Source: an uncultured Coriobacteriia bacterium (GTDB lineage: Bacteria; Actinomycetota; Coriobacteriia; Anaerosomatales; PHET01). From it: a stretch of 64,000 bases of DNA. How positions within the stretch are numbered: the first letter of the stretch is position 1; each line of letters starts with the position of its first letter. The stretch is taken from the NCBI GenBank assembly GCA_942493275.1, contig OW818687.1, positions 1,519,522 through 1,583,521 on the forward strand. Reading direction: 5' to 3'. Below are positions 1 to 9,300 of the stretch, one piece after another. The position numbers and the translations under genes are program-made. The notes under the pieces are model-generated. The model saw only the letters and a list, made by a program, of their open reading frames with translations, ran no database searches and was not told where the DNA came from.

Positions 1-1451
1 ACATTCTGTTCCCGTAGCGAGTCGTCAAGTTCGGACCACGGTCGCATGCTGCTGTCCGAACCCATCGAGTCGCTCTGGGCGAGTCGCGTCCGCAGGTACG
101 CTTGGTGCAGCGCCCGGGCGAGGCTCTCATCGGAACCGTGAAACACGAAGCGGGGTTCCTTGATGCCGTCGGTCCAGGAGAAGAAGCGCAGTCCTCGAGA
201 CATGCAAGCGCTGTAGGAGTTGTCGATGAGGGCGCCGAAGCCCCGGCTGTCGCTCAGGCACGCGACAACGGTGGAGGTCTCGGACAGGGGACCCGCGGCC
301 AATGCGAGGGCAGCCTTCACGGTCGTGGAGTCCTCGGGCGTGGTGACGAACGCGATGTCGAGCGCAGCCGAGGTCAGCCCGATATCCGCGAAGTCGAGGA
401 GCTGGACGCTGCGGTCGTCCTCGCCAGATTCGATCGCGCGCACGTCGATCAGCGAGTCAATCCCCCGGTAGATGCCGCTGGTGACCGACCACCACTGCTT
501 CGCGCCCGCCGCGATCAGCACCACGATGGGCCGCGGTGACCCGGGCGCACGCTCCAGCTGCGCTCGCTTGGCGAGGTGCACGAGCAGCGTCTCGGCGAGC
601 TGGTCGATTCCGAGCATCCCGATGCAGGCCTGGCCGCCTTCCTGCACGGACGCGAACGGGTCGAACTGGTTGAGCAGCGCGGCCGCCGTGCTCTCGAATG
701 AGCTGAAGAAGTCGACGTGCCCGGTCGACGTCCAGCCAGGCATCGTGACGGACTCGAGGTGCCTGCACAGGCCCAGATCGCTCACGTGCACAAAGCAGGA
801 CAGCCGCTCCGAGCCTTCAGCGGACTCGCCGATTGCGACGCGGGCGACCTCGGCGTTGAGCTCGTCACGACCACACACGGCGACGAGGCGCCGTGCCCTG
901 TCGACACCCGCGCGTTTGAGTACTTCGGGGTCGGTCGCGTCGCCGATCACCGCCGGTATCTTCGCCTGCGTCATGCCCTGCGAATCGCTCCGTGCCTCCG
1001 AGATGTCGATGGCGGCAACGGCTTCGCCTCGAGCCGCGAGCTCCAGGGCGATGGCGAGCCCCTGCTGTCCGAGTCCGCACACGACTGTGTGATCGCTCAT
1101 CGCCGCGATCTTCAGCTCGTTGAGACTCCTGCCCGCGAGTACCGCGTAGCCTTTCACCAGAGCGAGAACGGTGACCGCCGGCGCGAGGAAACGCGCAATT
1201 TGAAGCGCGAGAGGGATGTCACCTTCGACTGCGCCGTTGTTCAGGCCAAACAGCCCGAGGGTCAGGTAGAAGTAGCTGAGGACGGATTGGAGTGACCAAC
1301 GCTGCGCCTGCGGTACCAGGTGAGCGAAGCCGATCACGCCAAGCGCGAGCGCAATCAACGCGAAAGCGGCCGCCAGCGACCAGTCCGCATCGCGGACCTG
1401 GCTGAGCAGAAGTCTGAGCCGTCGAATCAGTGATTGAATCGTCCCTCGCAT
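1..1451 (-). CDS. 2TM pore-loop channel-like / TrkA-N (RCK) / RyR-domain membrane protein; 3' end lies beyond the left window edge
   Basis: Absent from the ORF track because it runs off the window. My reverse-strand translation from ATG 1451 (GAGGGGG 5 nt upstream) stays open to position 1: MRGTIQSLIRR... It has a TM helix WSLAAAFALIALALGVIGFAHLV, a pore-loop-like YFYLTLGLFGL and a second TM PLALQIARFLAPAVTVLALV. The Rossmann motif is VVCGLGQQGLAIALELAARGEAVAAIDIS. At the window edge, ARALHQAYLRTRLAQ...MRPWSELDDSLREQN looks like a RyR repeat. Confidence 0.7.
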   Translation of the reverse strand, partial: MRGTIQSLIRRLRLLLSQVRDADWSLAAAFALIALALGVIGFAHLVPQAQRWSLQSVLSYFYLTLGLFGLNNGAVEGDIPLALQIARFLAPAVTVLALVKGYAVLAGRSLNELKIAAMSDHTVVCGLGQQGLAIALELAARGEAVAAIDISEARSDSQGMTQAKIPAVIGDATDPEVLKRAGVDRARRLVAVCGRDELNAEVARVAIGESAEGSERLSCFVHVSDLGLCRHLESVTMPGWTSTGHVDFFSSFESTAAALLNQFDPFASVQEGGQACIGMLGIDQLAETLLVHLAKRAQLERAPGSPRPIVVLIAAGAKQWWSVTSGIYRGIDSLIDVRAIESGEDDRSVQLLDFADIGLTSAALDIAFVTTPEDSTTVKAALALAAGPLSETSTVVACLSDSRGFGALIDNSYSACMSRGLRFFSWTDGIKEPRFVFHGSDESLARALHQAYLRTRLAQSDSMGSDSSMRPWSELDDSLREQN

Positions 1452-1479
1452 GCATGCCCCCTCGCCGCCTGCGCTGCAG

Positions 1480-1509
1480 GTCAGTATAGTCGAGCAAGTC
1501 AGTATCGAG
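1480..1509. promoter_or_regulatory. Direct repeat GTCAGTAT(AGT)CGAG x2 plus a TATAGT -10-like box in the 68-bp divergent intergenic region
   Basis: GTCAGTATAGTCGAG at 1480..1494 and GTCAGTATCGAG at 1498..1509. This is the only non-coding DNA between the two divergent RyR genes. TATAGT lies at 1485..1490. Confidence 0.3.
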
Positions 1510-1519
1510 GGGGGTGCGC

Positions 1520-1996
1520 GTGAACGACGAAACGATAGACCGCCTTGCTCGGCGCGTCCATGAGGACTACGTGGCGCGTCAGCTCGAGCGTGGCGAGGCG
1601 ATGGGGGACCGTGTCGCCCTGCGCGGCTGGGAGGACCTGACCGAGGATGTGCGCGATGCCAATCGGGCTCAGGTGCGCGGCTATTCGCACACTCTCGCGG
1701 GCCTGGGGCTCACGATCGTAACGGCACACGGAGATGCCGGGATCGAGCGGTTCTCGGCCGAGGAGCTTGAGGCGCTCGCAGAGGGCGAACATCGCCGCTG
1801 GTCCGACGACCGCCTTGCCGCCGGCTGGACGTACGCGCCGGGAGACCCCTCGGACAAGCTCAAGACGACGCCGTGGCTGGTCGAGTACTCGGCGCTTCCC
1901 GAAGCCGAGAAGCAAAAGGACAGGGACGTGTTCCTCCGGCTGCCGCGGTTGCTTGCGGCGGTGGAGCTGGCGATCTCGCGAACGGGGACGGAATGA
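1520..1996 (+). CDS. Tandem RyR-domain protein
   Basis: ORF track gives 1514..1996. GAGGGGG (1507..1513) abuts GTG 1514, so GTG 1520 is the better-spaced start. Two RyR-type repeats are present: IDRLARRVHEDYVARQLERGE...WEDLTEDVRDANRAQV and LAEGEHRRWSDDRLAAGWTYAPGD...KTTPWLVEYSALPEAEKQKDRD. Confidence 0.8.
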   Translation: MNDETIDRLARRVHEDYVARQLERGEAMGDRVALRGWEDLTEDVRDANRAQVRGYSHTLAGLGLTIVTAHGDAGIERFSAEELEALAEGEHRRWSDDRLAAGWTYAPGDPSDKLKTTPWLVEYSALPEAEKQKDRDVFLRLPRLLAAVELAISRTGTE

Positions 1997-4900
1997 GTCG
2001 TGATGCCGCTATCGAGCGTGCTGTCCGCGTGTTCGTCTCGTCCACGTTTCGCGACATGGCTGCCGAACGCGAGCGGCTCGCGAGCCATGCCTGGCCGGCG
2101 CTGCGGACGCTGTGCGAATCCCGGGCGGTGACGTTCACCGACGTCGACCTGCGCTGGGGCATCACCCGCGAGCAGGCCGAGCGAGGCGACGTGCTCCCCA
2201 TCTGCCTGGCGGAGATCGACGCGTCTCGGCCGTACTTCATCGCGATTCTAGGCGAGCGCTACGGCTGGGTGCCCGATGAGATCCCCGAGCACCTCGTGAC
2301 TCAGATGTCGTGGCTGGAGGAGCAGCAAGGCAAGTCGGTCACGGAACTCGAGATTGCGTATGGGGTGCTCAACGACCCCAGCATGCACTCGCGCGCGTTC
2401 TTTTACTTCAGAGATGAGTCGGCCTCTCACGCTGCGGGCGCGGTCGAGACCGACCCTCGAGCGGTCGAGATGCTGGCGGCGCTCAAGGATCGAATCAGGC
2501 GCTGCCCCGGGGTGCGGCTGCGGGAGGGGTTCAGGACTGCTGAGGAGCTTGCGGTGCAGGTCGTGGACGACCTGCGGACTGACATCAATTTGGAGTTCCC
2601 GGCCGATACGACGCCCGATGCGACTAAGCGGGACCGTCTCGCGCACGCCGCATATGCCGGGGCGCGCTCGTATGCCTACATCGAGCGCCCCGAGGCGTAC
2701 GGCGCGCTGGACGAGTACCTCCGTGGCGGAGGGCAGCCCCTCGTTGTGACGGGTGATAGCGGCAGCGGCAAGAGTGCGCTGCTTGCCAACTGGGTGGCCC
2801 GTGTTCGAGGGACGCGGCCGGACGTTGCGGTGGTTGAGCACTACTGCGGAGCGGGCGCGGACGCCGCCGATTGGGCCGCCATGTGCCGGCGCATCGGCGG
2901 GGAACTCGAGGCCGCTACGGGAGTCGAACTCGAGCTGCCCTCGAACCGCTCCGCGTTGCTCCCCGCGTTCAGGGGAGCTCTCCATAGGATTCCGGCAGCG
3001 CACAAGGTAGTGATCGTCGTCGACGGCCTCAATCAGCTTGAGGACCGAGAAGCAGCGCCGGACTTGAGTTGGCTGCCCGACGAGCTTCCCGACAACATCC
3101 GGCTCGTCATCTCGACGCTCCCCGGCAGACCTCTCGCAGAGGCCCGGCGACGCGGGTGGGCGGAGTCTAAGGTGGGCCCACTGCAGCAGCCCGAGACCGC
3201 TGAGTTGATCCGGCGGTATCTGTCGTTGTACCGGCAGGGTCTCGACGAGGGCCTGGTACAGCGCATCGTTGCGACACCGCAGACCGCCAACCCGCTGTTC
3301 GTCCGAATATTGTTGGACGAGCTGCGCGTCGTCGGCAGCTTCGAGCGCCTCGGCGAGATCATTGATCGGTACCTGGAGGCATCCGGTCCGGCCGAGCTGT
3401 ATACGCGCGTGCTTGAGCGCTGGGAGCGCGACTACGAGAGCGTGAGGCCCGCGCTGGTTGCCGACCTTATGTCCGCGCTCTGGGCCGCACGCAGGGGTCT
3501 GTCGGAAACGGAGCTCCTCGCGCTTCTCGGAACCGGTGGGCTCCCGCTACCCCATGCGCACGCGTCTCCGCTGCTGCTTGCAGCCCACGGTTCGGTGGTC
3601 GCTCGATCGGGATACCTGGGATTCGGCCACGACTCGCTCCGACAGGCAGTCTCTCGCCGGTACCTGCCGGATCCCGAGTCCCAGAAGCGCGCGCATGCGT
3701 GGCTGGCATCGTGGTTCGAGCAGCAGGGCGGCCTGTCGGCCCGAAAGGTCGACGAGCTGCCGTGGCAGTGGATGCAGGCCGAGCGGTGGGATCGCCTCCA
3801 CGCGATGCTGAGCGATATCGGAACTCTCACCGCCATCGCCAAGGCGAACGACAACGACGTACAGACCTACTGGGCGGGTCTGGAGAGGCGGGGCTACCGG
3901 TCCTCGGATGCGTACGCCGATCTGGCACCGGGACCCGAGCTGGATGTGCCGCTGCGCGTGCTCCGGGGTCAGGGCCATCACGCGGCCGCGTTGCGTCTTG
4001 CTTCGCGGTGGCTCGACCATGCGCGCACCACCGGACGCGCCGTCGCGCCTCAGCTGCTCGTCGATACCGCGATTCTGAGCATGCACGCGGGAGAGACTGC
4101 GCAGTGCGATGGGCTGCTCAATGAGGCCGAGCGTCTCGCCGGTGCCGCAGGTGACCGCAGGGCACTAGCAACCGTTCATGGCACACGAGGCAATCTGCGC
4201 GAACGGGAGGGCCAGACGGGACTCGACGCTGCGCTCGAGGAGTATCAGACCGCCGAGCGGCTGCTCCGTGCCGAGGGGGCGATGCGCGGTGCCGCGGCAG
4301 CGATCAACAATCAAGCCTGGATAGTGTGGCGCCGCTACGATCCATCTGCGGCACTCCGCCTGTTCGGCGAGGCACGGGTGCTGTTCCGGGACTGTGGCGA
4401 TCTCCACGGCGTTGCACTCGCCGAGATGGGTATGGGTCGTGTCCAGGCGGTGACCATACGCGACTACGAGCGCGCCGATGCCCACTTTGCGAGCGCGGAG
4501 TCCCTGCTCCGCCGACTTGGTGATCGGCATGGTCTGCTCAAGGTCGCCGGGTTCATGAAGGACTCGATCGAGTTTCGTGGGGCGTCGGGTAGTGAGGCGC
4601 TTCCGCACCTGCGGGACTTCGCCGATCTGTGCCGGGAGCTGGACTTCGTCGAGGGGCTGGGCTCGGCGGTCGAGCAGATGCTGCCGCACGTGGCGGAGCC
4701 GGAGCGCGCTGAGCTCATCGCCCAGTGGGAGAGCGCGTGTCGTCGCCGTAAGCACGTCGCGGGCCTGCTCTCGGTGCTGCAACGCAAGGTCCGGATCGCG
4801 TTCGAGGCGCAGCGCGATGACGAGTGTGTCGGTCTTATCGGCGAGTGGGCGCAGCTCTCGGTCGACCCGTCGTTCTCGCGCGCTTCGATGGCGCCCTTCT

Positions 4901-6207
4901 CGTACGACGGCAGCGACCTGGATCTGAGGGGGCCGCGCGTGACCGGGACCTTCTCTCACGACGCGCTGAACCTCGGCGACTTGGCCGAGCCAGACCGGGC
5001 CGTGTGGCTCGGCGCGCACGTCGCCGGGATCTGCCTCAAGCATGGCGATCTTGACGGGTGGTCCGATGCGACGATGCGCATCGCCAGGACCGTGCCGGAG
5101 GAGCCAGACGCGGCCGCCATTCTCGCAGAGCATGAGCGGGAGTGCGAGGTGCGAGGTCATTGGTACGGGCTGATGGGATGCCTGTGCGCTCGCGCATTCG
5201 TCCTGTCGTCTCGGGGGCGCTTCGTGGAGGCTGATGAACTGCTGACTCGCGTAGAGAGGATCTGCGCCGATAACGGCGATGCGTCGGGTGCGACGTCTTT
5301 GGCTGAAAGGCGACTGGGGCTGCTGCGCGAGGCGGGCGAGTGGGAGCGAGTGCTTGACGGCACGGAGCAGCACGTGCGGCGCTGTCGCGAGGCGGGTGAG
5401 GCGGAGAAGCTCGCCTGGAGTCTCATGGACGTCGCGGATATCTGCGCGCGACGACTTGTGACGCCTCGGATAGAACGCTCTGTGGCCGCGTTGGAAGAGG
5501 CGCAGCAGTTGTGGGTCACGCTCGGCGAGCGTGACGAAGCGCGGACATGCCTTCACAAGCGAGCGTCTCACCTTGCGGAACTGGGTCGGCGTGAAGAGGC
5601 AATGGCGTTGCTCGGAGACGACGAAGCAGACTGCCGCCGGCGAGGTCTGCAGCGCGATCTGGCTGAGTGCCTGCTGGAAGAGGCGAAGATCTTGGGCGAG
5701 TCCGAGGGCCTGGAGCGCGTCAGCCCCTTGCTGGATGAGTACGATCGAATCGCACACCAGCAGGACGCATCGTACCGGCTGTTCAGCTCGATGGAGGTGC
5801 GGTCACAGATCGCCGAGCGCCGTGGTGACCCGGCTGCGGCCGCGCAACAGCTCGAGCTCATGGAGCGATGGTGCCGCGAGTCTGGAAACGTCGGGAATCT
5901 GCCGAAGGTCCACAAACTGAGGGCTGAGTTGGCTGAGCGGGAGGGGGACTGGCGGGGTCAGCTCGAGGCACTTCGGCGGCAGGAGGAGGCGTTCCGCGAA
6001 CGTCACGAGCATCCGGACGAGGAGCTGGTCGAGTGCCTTATCGCGCAAGTGAACGCGAGCGGGCGCCTGGGCATGGGCGATGAGGCGGCGCGGGTCGGGG
6101 GGATCGCGGCGATTGCCATCGACGGCTTGGGCTGGCCGGACCACGCACTCACGCGAATGCGCGCGTCCGTGGCGGCTGCGCTGGATGCGGCGACGCGCGA
6201 GGACTGA
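1993..6207 (+). CDS. DUF4062 (TIR-like) - NACHT-type STAND P-loop NTPase - TPR repeat protein (NLR-like)
   Basis: ORF track gives 1873..6207. I start it at ATG 1993 (MSRDAAIERAV), which overlaps the upstream stop as ATGA (1993..1996). VFVSSTFRDMAAERERL...YFIAILGERYGWVP is the DUF4062 signature. Walker A is VVTGDSGSGKSALL (2743..2784) and Walker B is VVIVVDGLNQLED. The C-terminal ~800 aa are TPR-like helical repeats. Confidence 0.85.
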   Translation: MSRDAAIERAVRVFVSSTFRDMAAERERLASHAWPALRTLCESRAVTFTDVDLRWGITREQAERGDVLPICLAEIDASRPYFIAILGERYGWVPDEIPEHLVTQMSWLEEQQGKSVTELEIAYGVLNDPSMHSRAFFYFRDESASHAAGAVETDPRAVEMLAALKDRIRRCPGVRLREGFRTAEELAVQVVDDLRTDINLEFPADTTPDATKRDRLAHAAYAGARSYAYIERPEAYGALDEYLRGGGQPLVVTGDSGSGKSALLANWVARVRGTRPDVAVVEHYCGAGADAADWAAMCRRIGGELEAATGVELELPSNRSALLPAFRGALHRIPAAHKVVIVVDGLNQLEDREAAPDLSWLPDELPDNIRLVISTLPGRPLAEARRRGWAESKVGPLQQPETAELIRRYLSLYRQGLDEGLVQRIVATPQTANPLFVRILLDELRVVGSFERLGEIIDRYLEASGPAELYTRVLERWERDYESVRPALVADLMSALWAARRGLSETELLALLGTGGLPLPHAHASPLLLAAHGSVVARSGYLGFGHDSLRQAVSRRYLPDPESQKRAHAWLASWFEQQGGLSARKVDELPWQWMQAERWDRLHAMLSDIGTLTAIAKANDNDVQTYWAGLERRGYRSSDAYADLAPGPELDVPLRVLRGQGHHAAALRLASRWLDHARTTGRAVAPQLLVDTAILSMHAGETAQCDGLLNEAERLAGAAGDRRALATVHGTRGNLREREGQTGLDAALEEYQTAERLLRAEGAMRGAAAAINNQAWIVWRRYDPSAALRLFGEARVLFRDCGDLHGVALAEMGMGRVQAVTIRDYERADAHFASAESLLRRLGDRHGLLKVAGFMKDSIEFRGASGSEALPHLRDFADLCRELDFVEGLGSAVEQMLPHVAEPERAELIAQWESACRRRKHVAGLLSVLQRKVRIAFEAQRDDECVGLIGEWAQLSVDPSFSRASMAPFSYDGSDLDLRGPRVTGTFSHDALNLGDLAEPDRAVWLGAHVAGICLKHGDLDGWSDATMRIARTVPEEPDAAAILAEHERECEVRGHWYGLMGCLCARAFVLSSRGRFVEADELLTRVERICADNGDASGATSLAERRLGLLREAGEWERVLDGTEQHVRRCREAGEAEKLAWSLMDVADICARRLVTPRIERSVAALEEAQQLWVTLGERDEARTCLHKRASHLAELGRREEAMALLGDDEADCRRRGLQRDLAECLLEEAKILGESEGLERVSPLLDEYDRIAHQQDASYRLFSSMEVRSQIAERRGDPAAAAQQLELMERWCRESGNVGNLPKVHKLRAELAEREGDWRGQLEALRRQEEAFRERHEHPDEELVECLIAQVNASGRLGMGDEAARVGGIAAIAIDGLGWPDHALTRMRASVAAALDAATRED

Positions 6208-6343
6208 GCGCAGGGCTCGCCAAACGGGGGTAGCCCTCTCCACCCCTCCAATGCGCTAGAGTAGGACCCGCACATCATCGGGCGGGGCCGAGGGTGCCCT
6301 TCTCGTCGTGCACGGGTTTTCACGCATCGAGAGGGGACATGCT

Positions 6344-9300
6344 ATGACGAGCCGGACACTCGGACGCATTCTTTCGCCGCTACTTGCGGTACTTCTACTC
6401 ACTTCGGGCGTGATGCCCGCATTCGCCGGAGACGCGCCGGCTGCCACTAATCCGCGTCCCACCGCGGTCAAGTTGGCGGTCGGCGACGGTCACACCGTCC
6501 AGATCAGGAGCGACGGGTCTCTGTGGGCCTGGGGCACCAACACCTACGGACGGCTCGGCTTGGGTGACTCCGCGACTCGCAGGCTCCCAACTCGGGTGGG
6601 GACCGATACGGACTGGGTCTCTGTGGCCGCCGGCGGTTCGGGGCAAACTCTTGCGCTCAAGAGCGACGGCACCCTGTGGGCCTGGGGCAGGAACTACAGC
6701 GGTCAGCTCGGCCTGGGCGACACTACGGATCGTTTCGTGCCCACGCAGGTCGGGACTCGCACGGACTGGGTGTCGGTCAGCACCGGCATGTACAACTCAT
6801 TCGGCATCAGGAGCGATGGCACGCTCTGGGCGTGGGGCTACAACCTCAAGGGCGAACTGGGCGACAACACCCAGACCCAGCGCACCAGTCCCGTGCAGGT
6901 ACCGGGCACCGGCTGGGTCTCAGTCGAGCCGGGCTTCTTCTACACGCTCGCGATTAAGAACGATGGCACGCTGTGGTCGTGGGGCCTGAACGACAGGGGC
7001 CAGCTCGGCCTGGACGACACCACGGACCGCCATTCGCCCACGCAGGTCGCGGGCACGGGCTGGAGCTCCATCGCCGCCGGTGACTACCACGGCCTCGGCG
7101 TGAAGACCGACGGCACCCTCTGGTCCTGGGGCGACAACAGCAACGGGCAGTTGGGCCTGAACGACAACGCTTCACGTCCGGTTCCCACGCAGGTGGCGGG
7201 CACCGGGTGGACCACGGTCGCGGCGGGCATGTATCACAGCCTCGCGCTCAAGTCCGACGGAACCTCATGGGCATTCGGTGACAACGGTTACGGGCAGCTG
7301 GGCGTCAACGACATGAACGATCGGCTGGTCCCGGCGCAGGTCACGACCACGGTCGACATGGTGGGCCTTGTGGCCGGTGCGCTTCATTCCGGCGCCGTTG
7401 CGAGCGACGGTTCGGTGTGGAAGTGGGGCTACAACCTCGGCACCGGCAATCTCGGCCTGGGCGACGTCGGAGGCCGGGTGTTGATTCCCATGCGGATAAC
7501 TCCCGCGGCCGACTGGACGCAGGTTGACGGCGGGTCGTTCCATACCGTCGGACTCAGGTCTGACGGCTCGCTGTGGTCATGGGGCAACGGCAACGGCCCG
7601 CTCGGTCATGGCGACAGCGTGATGCGGGTCGCTCCTGCGCGGATCGGCGGCGACACGTGGAAAGCCGTTTCGACCGGCAACGACCACACGGTGGCGGTCA
7701 AGGCCGATGGCACACTTTGGGCATGGGGCAGCAACTACTATGGTCAGTTCGGGAACGGAGCCTCAGGCCCCGCGGCCAGCAGCGCCTCGCCGGTGAAGAT
7801 CGGCACGGGGACGGACTGGGCTGCAGTGTCGGCGGGCAACGGTTTCACGCTTGCGCTCAAGAGCGACGGCACCATCTGGAGCGCCGGGCGCAACCGCAAC
7901 AGCGAGCTCGGGCTCGGGTTTTCGAGCGAGGATGAAGACCCGCAGTCGACGCTTGCACAGGTGGGCGCGGACACGGATTGGGTCCAGATCAGCGCCGGCA
8001 ACAACCACTCGATGGCGCGCAAAGCCGACGGAACGCTCTGGAACTGGGGCGCGAACTACTACGGTGAGGGCGGCCAGCCGAGCGTTGGCTCGAAGTACAA
8101 CGAGCCCACGCGGGTCGGAAGCGACTCGAACTGGAAGACGGTCTACGCCGGCGGGTATCACACGCTCGCCATCAAGACGGACGGCACGCTGTGGGCCTGG
8201 GGCTACAACTCCAACGGCCAGACCGGCAACGCCGGCGGCGGGACGGTCGCTCAGGTGGGAACTGACTCGGACTGGGCGTCGGTCGCCGCGGGCGACATGT
8301 TCTCAGTGGCGTCCAAGACCGATGGAACAGCCTACGGCTGGGGCTTCAACGCCGCCGGCATGGTGGGAGACGGGTCTGGCACCGACAGAAGCGCACCGAG
8401 CCTGATCGCCGATCACGATGACTTCAGCCAGGTGTTCGCGGGCATGCAGTTCGCGTTTGGCACCAAGGCGGACGGCTCGCTATGGGGCTGGGGCGACAAC
8501 GGCGTCGGCCAGCTCGGCGACAGCACTCAGGTAACGCGGCTCTCACCGGTCTTCGCGGCGCACGGACGTGCCCAGGGCACAGGCGGCGTCACGCCGGTCG
8601 TCTCGGCGGGGGCGTCACACACGCTCGCGGTCAGGGGCGACGGCTCGCTGTGGGCCTGGGGCGCCAACGACTACGGCAAGCTCGGCGTGGGCGACAAGGC
8701 GGTTCGCACGACGCCGACCCGCGTCGGCACCGATAACGACTGGCGCGCGGTCGCGACGGGACTCAACTTCTCGCTCGCGCTCAAGAGCGACGGCACGCTG
8801 TGGGCTTGGGGCCTGAACGACCAGGGACAGGCAGGTCTCGGCGGGACGTACGAAGCGCTGACTCCCACGCAGGTCGGGAGCGACTCGGACTGGGTGACCA
8901 TCTCGGCGGGCAACGGGCACACGCTTGCGGTCAAGAGCAATGGCACGCTGTGGGCCTGGGGCAACGGAGGCATGGGTCGCCTCGGCCGAGGAAGCACGGA
9001 GGACAGTAACGTGCCGGTGCAGGCGGGGACCGATACCGACTGGAAGACCGTATCGGCCGGCGGCGTGCACTCGCTCGCGATCAAGGACAACGGCACCCTG
9101 TGGTCGGCCGGCTACAACGTGTTCGGCCAGCTTGGCCTGGGTGATGTCGATGACAGGTTTGTCTTCACGCAGGTGGGTTCGGCGACGGACTGGTGCAGCG
9201 CGAGCACGGGCGTGTTCCACTCTGCGGCCATAAACACCGCCGGCGAGCTGTGGGTGTGGGGCGCCAACGATTCCGGGCAGCTTGGCTTGGATGACAAGAT

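Noticed and set aside
4165-5757. 530-aa minus-strand ORF inside the NACHT-TPR gene. The same applies to other overlapping ORFs in 2248..6323.
   Set aside because: It is an antisense shadow of a well-supported gene in GC-rich DNA. The translation is Arg/Ala/Pro/Leu-rich with no recognisable motif, no SD, and no room for a promoter.
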